NCBI GenBank assembly: GCA_028534125.1
Contig: CM052816.1
Span: 72,542,001 to 72,606,000, forward strand
Direction of reading: 5' to 3'
Origin: Lama glama
Lineage: Eukaryota
DNA: 64,000 nt
Below are positions 27,501 to 38,577 of the stretch, one piece after another. A program made the translations under genes and the position numbers. Under the pieces are notes generated by a model that was not told the origin of the DNA, ran no database searches, and was given only the letters and a program-made list of their open reading frames with translations. Every line of letters starts with the position of its first letter. Positions within the stretch are counted from its first letter, which is position 1.

Positions 27501-30500
27501 GACAGAGCCAATTTGGCAGAGAATATTCTACAGTAGAAAAATAGGAAATGTAAGAAATAATTTAATATTGCTGAATTTTGTTCCTTTGGGAAGTGGCTTT
27601 AAAGGCTGCTAGCAGATTCAACTGTAGTCTCTTCTGATGACCTGTAATTTATTAAACATGTTCTCCAGTCAACAAAAAAATTAGAAACAGTGGTTTCCTT
27701 TAATAAGGCAGGCAGGTTGGTATGTATAATGTGCATAATATGTTCAATAAAATTATTTTTTACATTTTGCACAGGATTTCTATTTACTGGAATATATTTG
27801 ACTGGAAGGAAAAAACTCAACTGTTGTTATTTCTCATCTCTTTCCAGGATTTTTTTGTCTCTGGAATCCCTAGTTATCCGAAGTCTAAACTTGATTAAAT
27901 ACAAAGGGAATGGATAGAATAATTTAGAATTTAGAGATATCTATCATTGAAGAAATGACAGAAATGAGATACCATGGTGAAGGCCGGCTTTTGCAATGGA
28001 AGGCAGCTCTAGAGAAAGTTACATAAATAAATATACATTATGATTTGAAATGACCTAGTTCTTTTGGGATTGTTATGAGAAGCTCAAAGCATATAAAACT
28101 TTTTTTGTTTGTTTTTGTTTTTAATGAATGAGAGGTGAGAAATGGAAACAATTTATTTCCTTTAATGTAGGAGTGATGTACTGTGGTAAAAGTGGGAGTA
28201 TTTACCATAAAGTAGCTTGATTTCAAAAGCAGAAATTAACTCAATATTATAAGAATGTTCAAATGAGCTTTGTGAAAAATCCTCTTTCCTTTTCATATAT
28301 ACCTCATCATTTGTCCTATGAATTAATGACAAGCTTATGGAGATGATGCGAGGACAAGAGTGTAGGGAAAAGGAGATCCTTTCACTCTGCATTCAGTCTA
28401 TCACTGGAAAAGAAAGGGCAAGTAGGCATTATATTGTTTGATTCCTATGACCAGGTTGTAGTCTTCCTAGTATGCTGTTTAAAAAGAAAAAAAAGTTTGA
28501 GGACTCATTGGGGTCAAGTGAAGCACAATATCATGATCCACCAGTAATAGCCAAAGACACGGGTGACAGGAGTGACTTATTTTCTGCTAAGTATTTGCAA
28601 CTCCTGACCTCACAAATTACTGGTACTTAATGTTGAAAATTTCATGGGGCAATCAGTATTTGTTATTAATAGCTTTCTGTTCATACAAACACAGGGTTTG
28701 GGAAATTTCAATTTTGAGAGTTTCTTGTTATATTGCTAACCACTAGTTCTCACTGCTGTCTAAAGACTGTGATTTTGGTGATGCAATAGAATGGTGAAAT
28801 GAAAAAACCAAGAATGTCTTGACAGAGAAAAAAGATCTACTAGTCCTCTGGAACTTCTCCCCTTTTACTCTCTTATACACTCCACCCTCTACATCTTCTT
28901 TGATCTCTTCCTTTCTGAACGGAATTATTTTAAAAATGTTCTCTGAAGCAGCTAAATTAGAACTGATGTATGCAGTATATCTGTTCCAAGTTTATCAGCA
29001 AATACTCAGCAGGAAGCTACCCCTCAAAAGTGCGCTTGGGGTTACTGGCAGCCACGATGCTTTGAAAGGCTGCCTTCCTTTTTCCTTGGTTAAATGATGC
29101 CACTTGAAAAGACAAATACCACTATAATTCCTGTTGCGCTGGGACACCAGCCTTCATCCAGCACACTATGATTTCATGAAAGCATAAATCAGCCTCACAA
29201 GATAAATCTCTGAGTCAGCTCTTCCTACTTTTGTATTGAATCTAATTAGAAGCGTGAAACAATTGCTGGTCACACATTCTGTCTTATTGAAAAATAAATA
29301 AATAAATAGATACCAAGGCAAAGACTTGGATGAGTTGGCAGTTGGAATAACAATAGATAATTTTATCCAGAGAGGCCTCAGTCAGCTCTCTGACATCCAG
29401 AAAATCAGTTTAGCTAAAAGCAGATAAAACATGTTAAATGTGTTCGTTGCTAAAGGATTCAAATTAGTTCCTTAGAAAGATTTTAGGATGGATGGCTGTC
29501 AAGTAAACTGCATATGCATCTAATGTTCCAGGTATACTAAGATAATGTATCTCTGATTAGTGTTTTTCTTAGTTCATGATACAAGTGAGTGCTGAAAACG
29601 CTTCTGTGTAATGAAGATTATGTCAGGACACAGGGATATATACGGTCACAAAGTACAACAGCTGCTTTGGAGGTACGAGGACTTCTTTAAATCGGACCGA
29701 GGGAAGAAAATATTCACGAGGCTGACAGTTGCATGCTGTGTGCCGGGACTACAGTGGTTTCCTCTGGCAGGAAGAGCACCACTGAAACAGCAGCTGGGAC
29801 TGGCATCACCACACCCGGTTAAGCTTACAGTGACTGCTGCTGTTTGCTAAGACCCATTCTTCTTTCTGCACTGGACAAACTAGAGAGGGAAAATGGGATA
29901 TTCTGTGACTCGACAGCCCTGCATCTTTCAAGTCTTAGTAGTGGTACAGATTCCTATTACCCAACAAAGAATACAACACTTCTTGATTTAAAGTTTTTAT
30001 TAGAAGGGATTCTAGGGCCTAGACCTGGTCCTTCCTCCCAGAATAGCTTATTCTATAGGTCAGGGGTCTACTGGATGCTCCCGCCTGTTGCGAGGAGGTC
30101 TGGTGCTAGCCAACCGTATTATCAAAACACATATTGGAAACTTTTACCAGAGAAAAGGGACACCAAAGAATTAAAAATGAAAAGCACTTAATTTTCTGAA
30201 TACTTATTAACTGACAAGTTTATTTTATTATATTGCTGGATTTATAGTTCTTTTCAGAACCTTTTTTTTTCAAAAATACAATTATTTGTAAAAACTTAAA
30301 ACAGCATATCTGTATCATAGTATAAGATACTTCTATTGATTATATGAATTTTAAAAATAAATTAACTAGAACATAATTATTTTTGGAAGATTTTACTAGT
30401 GTGATTTGTAAATAATTCTGCCCAAATATTCTTGAAGGTACTATATTTTCAATCATGTTAGGATATCATTTTAAAGTAATATTTCACAAGCTAAAACTCA

Positions 30501-31428
30501 TCAATGTTGTCTCTACTTATGACTTATGCTTAGTGATTTTTATGATTTTTGATGTCCTTACTATTTTGTCAAATTTTAGATGCTATAGCATCATAGAAAC
30601 TTGACATTTCATTTCATTTGTATTCAACATCACATTCATTGAAAAAATGTTGCATGTTATTGCTGTGACTTCACCAGGGCAGCTTGGTGGTTTTGTGTGT
30701 CCTGCAGGCCCCAGCACGGTCTGTGGTGCACTGACCATTACACCAGGTGGCTGGTAGTAGCAGCGTCATTGTCTGTTTTTTCTACTCTCACTGGAGATTT
30801 GAAAGTGTTTGGCGTTCCTAGCCTTTCATGTTCTAGCAAACTTATTTTATTAGTGAATGCCTTCATGCTGTCCTTGCAAGGGGGCTGTTAGATGCATCAT
30901 CTCTGAAACGTGCTGGGGTAAAGGATGCTTAATAATGAGCGTATCTTCAGTAGTAGACGTAATTCGTTGGTCTAGAATTAATGTATTCCCTCCACATATC
31001 TTCTTTAATACCTCCCATATCCCAGGAATGCTAGAGATCAGAGTGCTGAACTAAAAACTAAAAACTAAAATGGACTAAGTCTCTGTCTTCATGGAGTTTA
31101 TATTCTAGTGGGGAAAGGCCAAAAATAGCAATTTTAACAGCAGAAAAGAACATTTCAAATAAATGCTGTGAAAACAGTAAAACAGAAACTCCTCATGCTG
31201 TTTATATTGTTTCATAGCAACACAGTTACCTAGTAATCCAGAGGCTCACTCTCAGTGGGCAGCTGGTTCTAAGTGGCCACAGGTGAGCGCTTAATTAGCT
31301 GTTTGGACATTTCACTTGGTACTGAGTTTCTAGATTCCATTACAAGGATATGAATGGAGTTTTGTTGTTTTTAGTTCCATCTTGGCAACTTGTACAATTT
31401 CAAGTACCTCATATCTCTTTGATGGTCT

Positions 31429-31998
31429 ATGTCTTAGTCTGTTCAGTCTGCTATAATAAAATACCTGGACCCACAGGTTCTCCATTTGTGCCTTCAACCA
31501 ACCACATATAATTTGGTTTGCAGATGGTTGAGTCAGAGGATGTGGAACCCTGCATATGGAGGGCCATTTTATATAAAGGACTTGAGCATCCATAGATTTT
31601 TGTGTCCATGTTGGAAGGGGATGTCCTGGAACCAATTATCCATGGACCTCAAGAGATGACTGTATCACAGACTTGGTAGTTTATAAACAATAGATATTTC
31701 TTTCTCACTGTTGGAGAAAGATCACTGGGAGTCCAAGATCAGGGTTCAAGCACAGTGGGGCTCTGGTGGAAGCCCTCTTCCAGATTGTAGACTGCTGGCT
31801 TCTTGCTGTGTCCTCTCATGGTAGAAAGTTTAGGGAGCTATGTGAGATGGTAGAGACTCAGGAGCATCCTCTGCCCTCTTTTAAAAGGCACAAATCAGAT
31901 TTATGAGGCCTAGATACCTCCCAAAGGCCACTTCATTACCTTGGGAGTAGGATTTCAACATATGAATTTGGGGGGACACAAACATACAAACCACAGTA
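31429..31998 (-). mobile_element. MaLR LTR (MLT1A-like) interrupted by a Tigger-family MITE
   Basis: TGTCTTAGTCTGTTCAGTCTGCTATAATAAAATAC ... GGGAGTCCAAGATCAGGG ... GATTTCAACATATGAATTTGGGGGGACACAAACAT. Confidence 0.8.
31466..31664. mobile_element. TcMar-Tigger non-autonomous DNA transposon (MER2/Tigger3-like)
   Basis: GGTTGAGTCAGAGGATGTGGAACCCTGCATATGGAGGGCC and TATAAAGGACTTGAGCATCCATAGATTTT...TCCTGGAACCAAT...GACTGTA; the terminal CTG is followed by TA. Confidence 0.7.
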
Positions 31999-34424
31999 GT
32001 TTACATTCGCACCCCAGTCTGTCACCACCCACCTCTGACACTACCCAATGTCTGTATCAAGATAGTTGGGTACAATCACAGAAACTAAATTCAGCAAAAA
32101 GAATATCCATAAGATTGATGAGAAAGCTGAAGAAATCACCTTGAAGAGGACACAAACCAAGTATATCCACGGTATTTTGAGTCAAGAAGAGCTTAAAACT
32201 CTCATTCATGTGCCATTGCTGGAATATGTGAGCAAAATCATATGTATTTTTTTCCCTGTCCTTATGGTGCTCTACTTAGGATTCAAAATTGCAGGAGAGG
32301 AAGAGCTCAGTTCCTGTGTTCTTCCCTTGGCTGTATTGGAACAGTAGGAAGAGATTTGTTTCTTAAAAGCCTCTGCCTTATTTCACATTTCTCAGGGGTG
32401 GACAGAGAAGCTTAATGTGGTGTGCTACCAAGATAGATAGCTCACAATCAGAGAGGTCATTCTCAAAATGAAATTGGAAGGCTGTTAGGTATGAGAAATG
32501 GAAGCTAAGAAGTAAAAAAATCACCAAAGTCAACTTCACCATTTAGCGACTGTCTCCTATCAGTACAAAGAAACCAGAACTGACTTGATTTTACTTATTT
32601 GGTTTAAAATTCATTCACATGCATTTGAAGGAGAGTTATTACTCTCTTCCTAATTAAGTAAAATAATTGAAGGGCAGAATTGCTATGCTATTCTGTCATC
32701 CCAGATTTTTCTTACAAACCTATAGTTCTATACATTTGATAGAAGATACATATGTTTCAATGATAACTATAGTAATAAATCTTTGCAGACCTTCACATAG
32801 AGAATCACTTTCTTGATAGGCCTGATTTTGAGAGGAGGAAAAGCCACTCCTCAGGTAGCACAAACTTCCACGTTATTTAGTAGCTAGTGAGTAACTCTGA
32901 GGTTATCTTCAGAAATACTCAGATGTTCATTGCTCTTATCCACCTCTCTCTCAATCACAAATTTCTGAGAGTCCCCAAGGGTGTTGCCTTCGTGCACACG
33001 ATTAGTTCACCCTCAGTAAATCCATGGAGCGTGGGGCATGGAAGACCTTGTGGCGAGCTGCCTGTGCGTGGCAGACAGGGCATCACTGATTGGACCTTGT
33101 GGTCTCTACTTTCTCTCAGAGGGCATAGCTCTCTTGCTGGTGCCGTGCGTGTGGCTAGCGTACATATGAGTATATGTGAGTCAGTGTAGATTAGAGAGGG
33201 TCATCCTCCCGCCGTTAGCATTATGCTTTGATATAAGCATCCCAGCAATCCATTTCCCTTATGTTGGGTGCATGCTAGTGAAGCAGTTCTTTCAGTCTCT
33301 CTCTGCCTGGGATACACTGACGTCTACAAGGGCAGGTAGGGGTGAAGCTGATCTACAGGCACTAACACTGCCTGAGAATCACTACGTCCTTTTTTACCTT
33401 GGGGCTGTTTTAGTGCTTACAGTGTTTTAGTGCTTACAGAGCTTCTGTCCTTAGTATGAGTTTCCTTAAGGAGCTTTTCAGTCTTCACCCACGTGGGCTT
33501 CTGATGGCTCATCGACCCGTTTTCCAGGCACTGCTTTCCAACACTCCCAATTTGTGTTAGCACATCCAAAGTCAACCCACCCCATAGAGATAAAAAGTGT
33601 TTTTCATTAATTGGTGATCCATAGTACCAATTATTTCAACTGACCTCTAGGGCCAGTACTTGAGTCTCCTAAAGCCACTTCAGGCTCCGGTATTCCACGA
33701 TTCTGTGAGTTTCTTACTCGTTGGACCACCCTTGGGACGATTACTGTGCCTTATTTCCAAGCCTCACTATTCCTGAGAAGTTTAGTCAAGCAATAGCCCA
33801 GGATGAGTTACCTGATTTGTACCGTTTAACTATCTCCAAGGCTGCTGGTGAATAAGGACCTTTCATTCATTTATTACATATTTAAAGACCCCAATAAAAT
33901 CTACTGTTAATTCCATCTACTTCTAATACATGCCATAATAAACTGCCACTTCTATTTCTACAGAAAAGTTAAACATTTTTTAAGCTATTACTCATAAATA
34001 GCACTTTCCTTACCCAAATTCAATTTAATGTTTATGTAATGATATACTAACATCTCTTCTCCTTTTTTCTAGAAAAATCATATTGTTAAATCTAAGATTT
34101 GGAGTCAATCTCCTTTGCATTGTCATCTGAATCATATTCAATTATAAAATTGACTCAATAATTTTATTGCTATTATATGATTTGGCATGAATTGACCCTA
34201 GTTCTATAATACGGTGTTTCCAAAGAAAATAAAGATGAAGATAGAGAAATAGTCTGTGATTTTCTTTTTCTACCTGGTAAAAGGATCTCCTTAAGCCTTT
34301 AGTCAGTTGTATTAAAAATAAAAATTTCAATAATTTTGTAGTTACTAATACAAGACTAGTTATCTTTTGTTGGAAATTTCTTACGCTGAAGGAAGAAAAT
34401 GAGTCTATTATATCATTTTTTCAA

Positions 34425-34580
34425 AACAATTTATTGAATAAGACTAGGTGCCAGTCATTGTTCTAAACGCTGGAGACACAGCAGTGAATAAAGCCTATGG
34501 GCTTACATCCTAGTCGGGAAGACAGATAATCAATAAATAAAGAAGTAAAATATTGAGCATGTTACTTGATGTTAAGAGCA
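34425..34580 (-). mobile_element. L2 (L2a-like) 3' end, left part of the element split by the retrocopy
   Basis: AACAATTTATTGAATAAGACTAGGTGCCAG...GCTGGAGACACAGCAGTGAATAAAG...GCTTACATCCTAGT is a typical antisense L2 tail. Confidence 0.75.
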
Positions 34581-34926
34581 GATTTTTTTTAAGTATCCAC
34601 ATGTATAAATAAATGTATACTATATTTAAAAGGCAGTTACACTCTTCCATTGTTATTTCTTCTTTCTCTCATAATGTGCAGCAGATAGAAAGATCTCTCG
34701 AAGGTTGCTCCAAAGCCCATGGGAGTGTATGTTCTGGTAAACCTGGGGCTCTGCAGATGGTGGCTGGGCCATGTAGGGGCAATGCTGGCACCAGGCCCGG
34801 TCACCTTTGTACCACTCGTTAGTGGTTTGGTTGGTGGCGGCCAGGTACAGAGCAAAACACAGGTAGCCCCCAGGAGGAAGGTCAGTACCACGACAAAGCC
34901 CAGCAGAAAGACAATTCTTGGGAAGG

Positions 34927-35514
34927 TCAGGAACAGGTACTGGTGTTCCAGGCCCCGATGCAGTTGTTCACCCACACACAGTGATGGTCAAAGCGGTGCA
35001 CACACCGGTTACACACACTGCAGTGCTTGGATCGTGCTGGTTTCCTTAAATCACAAGTAGAGCATCTCATGTTCTTGGGGAACATCACTTCATCGAATTC
35101 ATAAACTTGAAGCAGCAGTAATTCGTTTGCTTTTGTTATGGTACCAGGGTTAGTCACACAACTCAGGGTGAAAAAAATCAGGTTTATAATCAGCAGCAGA
35201 TAAGGCAGAAGGAGGTAATACAGGAAGAACTCGAGCTCTCGACAGTAGCCAAGTATTTCCCAAGTGTATTGAGTATAAATCATCCCTTGCAAGATGAGGT
35301 GCAGGATAATGAAGGTGTGGTTTCGTGTATGGAAGAGGTAATGAAGCAATTTTAGCATGGCTCTCTGAAGGCATTGTGGGATTATATAGGAAAATACCTG
35401 TGTTCCTCTTCTGACCAGGCCTTTCAAGCAATGTGTTTTTGAGCAGATGCAGATCAGAACACCACCAATCAGCACCGAAGTCAGGTAGAACAAGAAGAGA
35501 AAGAGGAAGTCCAT
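34927..35514 (-). CDS. Residual open frame of the ZDHHC4 retrocopy (195 aa: about 191 aa of ZDHHC4 plus STCS); translation not established
   Basis: Uninterrupted frame with N-terminal hydrophobic segments and an intact DHHC cysteine-rich domain. An in-frame upstream ATG at 35580 could add 22 aa. Confidence 0.3.
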   Translation of the reverse strand: MDFLFLFLFYLTSVLIGGVLICICSKTHCLKGLVRRGTQVFSYIIPQCLQRAMLKLLHYLFHTRNHTFIILHLILQGMIYTQYTWEILGYCRELEFFLYYLLLPYLLLIINLIFFTLSCVTNPGTITKANELLLLQVYEFDEVMFPKNMRCSTCDLRKPARSKHCSVCNRCVHRFDHHCVWVNNCIGAWNTSTCS

Positions 35515-35684
35515 CCTGGGGATATTTCTTTTGTTTGGATAGTTTTCAGCCGGCAGCTCTGGTATTTCTCCTCCGAACATTCATGGGGAATTTAACGTCA
35601 TCTCCTCCTCTGCAGCAGCGCGTGCCTGGCACAACAGCTGGCACCCAAAGGTGCAGAAGACATGGTTCCTCTAGGAGGCTGGAT

Positions 35685-35710
35685 CTGGAAGAAAGAAGGG
35701 CGGGTTAGGG
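35685..35710 (-). promoter_or_regulatory. 3' splice acceptor (branch point, polypyrimidine tract, CAG) at the 5' end of the retrocopy
   Basis: Minus strand CCCTAACCCGCCCTTCTTTCTTCCAG|ATCC. CTAAC branch motif with its A at 35705, about 20 nt from the AG. Confidence 0.6.
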
Positions 35711-35749
35711 ATGCACATAAGAGATGTGCATATAATGCACATAAGAGAT

Positions 35750-36200
35750 TGAGAGAAATAGGAAGGGGTGCCTTTCATGCAAAATGATCAGGAAAGGTTT
35801 ACTAAGAAGATCACCTCCAGCAAACAGCTGTTTGACGTGTGAGAAAAACACTGAAGGCAGATGGAACAGCATCTGCCAGTCCTGAGATAGAAGTGAGCCT
35901 GGAGGTTTGAAGAAGAGTCAGGAGGTCTGTGTGGCTGGAGCAGAGTTTGGGGGGGAGGGGTGGTAGGCAATGGGATCAGAGCGGTAACAGGGCTTAGGAG
36001 GCCACTGTCACGACTGTAGCTTTTACTGGGAGAGTCGTTCCCTGAGAGGATTGGGATTAGACGGATGACCGGGCCTGGCTTCTGTTGTAAACGACTCACC
36101 CTGGCTGTAGAGTCTGAGTCTAAATTATAAGGAGGCAAAGTAGAGTGGAGAGATCAGATTCAGAATGTCGAGAAAATGGGAAGTGTTGACAGATTGGGTA
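35750..36200 (-). mobile_element. L2 (L2a-like) continuation, right part of the split element
   Basis: GGTCAGGGAAGG-like, GGCAGATGGAACAGC and GTGTGGCTGGAGCAGAG...TGGTAGG motifs continue the same antisense L2 consensus colinearly. Confidence 0.7.
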
Positions 36201-36559
36201 TAAGATGGAAGTGAAACGAGACATCAACGACAAAACCGTGTGTTTTTTTTTTTTAATCTGAACAGGAGAATGTCTATTAGGTTTATAGTTGATGTTTCAC
36301 AAAGATTGTTACCAAAAAGCAGATGTAGGTTAAGAAACTTTTCTAAAGATAAGTGTTGCTGAATAATTCTTAGAGAACACATTGAATTATACATAGAAAG
36401 TTGGCTAATACTTGTCACATATACACATTAATGCAAACTAAACAATTTTGATTAATGTAGATAGACAAAAAGATAGGTCGATGGATCTGTGGGTCCTTTG
36501 GTGTGGGAAACAGATGCCAACTCTGACAAAGGAACATATTAGACATATATTAGCAAGTT

Positions 36560-37042
36560 TTATCAGTCAAGATCCTGGCAAGAAAAAGGTGGCATACTCA
36601 GCAGATTTCACTGAAGATATTTTAGTGAAAGATATGGCATGCAGAAATATGGGCAGAGTTAAGGAGACCCACAAGGATGGTGAAGCAGCCACATGGGAAC
36701 TAGGAACAGCAGGAAGGCATCACTGCTCCTAAAGTGGCAATTATTACTGAAGTGGGCAGAAGCTATAGCCATTGAGAAGATTGTAGGAGCTGTGTCCACA
36801 GAATAAATCAGCCTGAGACAGAACCATGGTAAGGGAGGGGGTGGCATAAAGGGAATAAAATCCCAATTCTTTTTCCCCTCCTGCCTTTCTATTTTCTACT
36901 GGTCCTTCCTATTGGCTTTGAGAGGTCAGAGTTTTTGGAGCCCTGGTGAGGGGCAGTCCATGGGTATCAGCCTCTGTGGCAAAGAGCGAAAAGAAGAGGA
37001 CAGAGATTAAATCTGGAGGTACAAATAAAGAATATACAGTGC
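36560..37042 (-). mobile_element. ERVL LTR (LTR33-like)
   Basis: TATCAGTCAAGATCCTGGCAAGAAAAAGGTGGCATACTCA ... CCTTCCTATTGGC ... ATCTGGAGGTACAAATAAAGAATATACAGTGCA. Confidence 0.7.
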
Positions 37043-38162
37043 AGAGTTACACATAATTTAAGGAAGATCTGAACACTGAGACAGAAATGAGGGCAGCTCT
37101 ATGAAATTCCTGTAGGAGGAGAATCTAGGGATTGAATTTCTACATTGTTACCGTGGAAAACTCAGCTGCAACTGCCCACTTTCTCTCAGTCTGTGCTGAA
37201 GAGCTCAGGTTCTGGGAGAATAACTTCCATGGCCTGGCTTTGAGTCAAGCACCCTCACTTGTGATGGGAAGAAGGGGTAGCAGGGTCCAGTGATTGGAGC
37301 CCAATCCTAACCATGTGGAATGGAAAGGGCACTAACTCAAAGGAAGGGATTACAAACAAACAAACAATCAACAGAAAGCTCTTTCCTGCATGTTAAAATA
37401 TTTATATCCAATATTTTTAATAATAATAAAGGTAAAAGTTTCTGTAAATGGGCACCCATATTCCAGAATACAGGGATGTTTAATTCATTTCTCAATTCCA
37501 ATGAGGTTAAAGCTTTGTCCTTTTGTGGGATTGTTTATCCTCTTTTTTCCAGATAAAATTTTATCCTTAATTCTAGGTCATTTATTTTAAAATTAAAACA
37601 TTCCATTTATAAACATCTTAAGATGAGGTACGTGAATGGGTTAGTGTAAAGTAATTGCCACTGTTGGGGTGTGAAGGGCTGGGGGCAAAACAAATAGATA
37701 AACAAAACCTCAAAATGTAGGGTTTCGTCCATTGCTAGAGTCAACAAGAATCACAAAATTTAACCTTCTTTAACCCAACTTATGCATTCTAATTGATTCA
37801 GAGGCGAAAACAATAATAGTCTCATTTATAATAGTATGCAACTTCGCTTCCAGACTTTCTCTGAAGTTTCTTGCTAAAAATGTGGAGAAAATCAGCTCTG
37901 AGACTCAAAGTTGTTCAATGGCTTCTTTGTTGGTGACAATCCCCACCTCCTCTCTCTCAGACAATGAGTCATGAGGTTTGGCCTTGGAAGTGAAAGGTTA
38001 AAAGAGAACAAGACTTTAAGAAGGAAAGAATTCATCAGTTCAGTATTGGCAAATTATTAACCCCATTTTGTCTTGTTCATTTATTTGCTTCTTTATTCAT
38101 TCATCTGGTGATGAGACATTTAATAATTTTCAATGCCAAGAAACATGTGAGCATGAAAAAAA

Positions 38163-38203
<41 letters not shown>

Positions 38204-38209
38204 CCTATC
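38163..38209. repeat. (ATCT)10 tetranucleotide STR
   Basis: Ten perfect ATCT units plus a variant unit. Confidence 0.96.
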
Positions 38210-38249
38210 ATTAAAATAGGAAGGGGCACAGGAAGCGTTAGACTCAGGT

Positions 38250-38420
38250 GGACCATGGTTAAGAGGTAGCTCTGCCACATAAAAGCTATGTCAAATTGTT
38301 ATGTAAATAAACTCTCCATCCTACCATGTAAAATGGAAACAATATCTGCCTGATGAATTAAAATGAGATATCTGTAAGGAACCTTGCACAGGGCCCAGCA
38401 CAGAGTAAGCTGTATTAACA
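38250..38420 (+). mobile_element. MIR fragment
   Basis: GCTCTGCCAC, TGTAAAATGG and TGTAAGGAACCTTGCACAGGGCCCAGCACAGAGTAAGC. Confidence 0.6.
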
Positions 38421-38577
38421 CCAGAAGTTATAAAACTAAGATTGCTCACACTCTAAGGTAAAAGTTGGAAATCAATAATTATCATGCACTCTGATCATCA
38501 CTATAGAAGTAAAATGCATAGTGATAGACAAAATGAATTAATAGTCAAAAACTTATCCAAACAAACAAAACAAAATT

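Larger units (their letters stand above)
34583..35710 (-). pseudogene. ZDHHC4: Processed retrocopy of ZDHHC4 (palmitoyltransferase): 5' leader, CDS with an internal ~166-nt gap and a 1-nt frameshift, short 3' UTR and A8 tail
   Basis: From ATG 35514: [17 protein letters not shown]...[41 protein letters not shown]. Then out-of-frame [24 protein letters not shown]. After a 1-nt loss in the G run (34867-34871): YLCFALYLAATNQTTNEWYKGD...NIHSHGLWSNLREIF...KKK*, with TAA at 34653-34655. No introns in the CDS. T8 at 34583-34590. Confidence 0.95.

Noticed and set aside
33406..33439. Perfect 17-bp tandem duplication TGTTTTAGTGCTTACAG x2 (also an 11-bp duplication at 49631-49656)
   Set aside because: Two adjacent copies without spacers; ordinary slippage duplications, not CRISPR-like or structured arrays.
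1..34400. Numerous 60-115 aa ORFs in the upstream region and in L1 remnants
   Set aside because: Lengths expected by chance, mostly non-ATG starts or repeat-derived, with no recognisable protein similarity or exon structure.
34613..35060. Plus-strand ORFs over the retrocopy and the 112-aa minus ORF at 34637-34975
   Set aside because: Antisense or frameshifted readings of the ZDHHC4 retrocopy, not independent genes.
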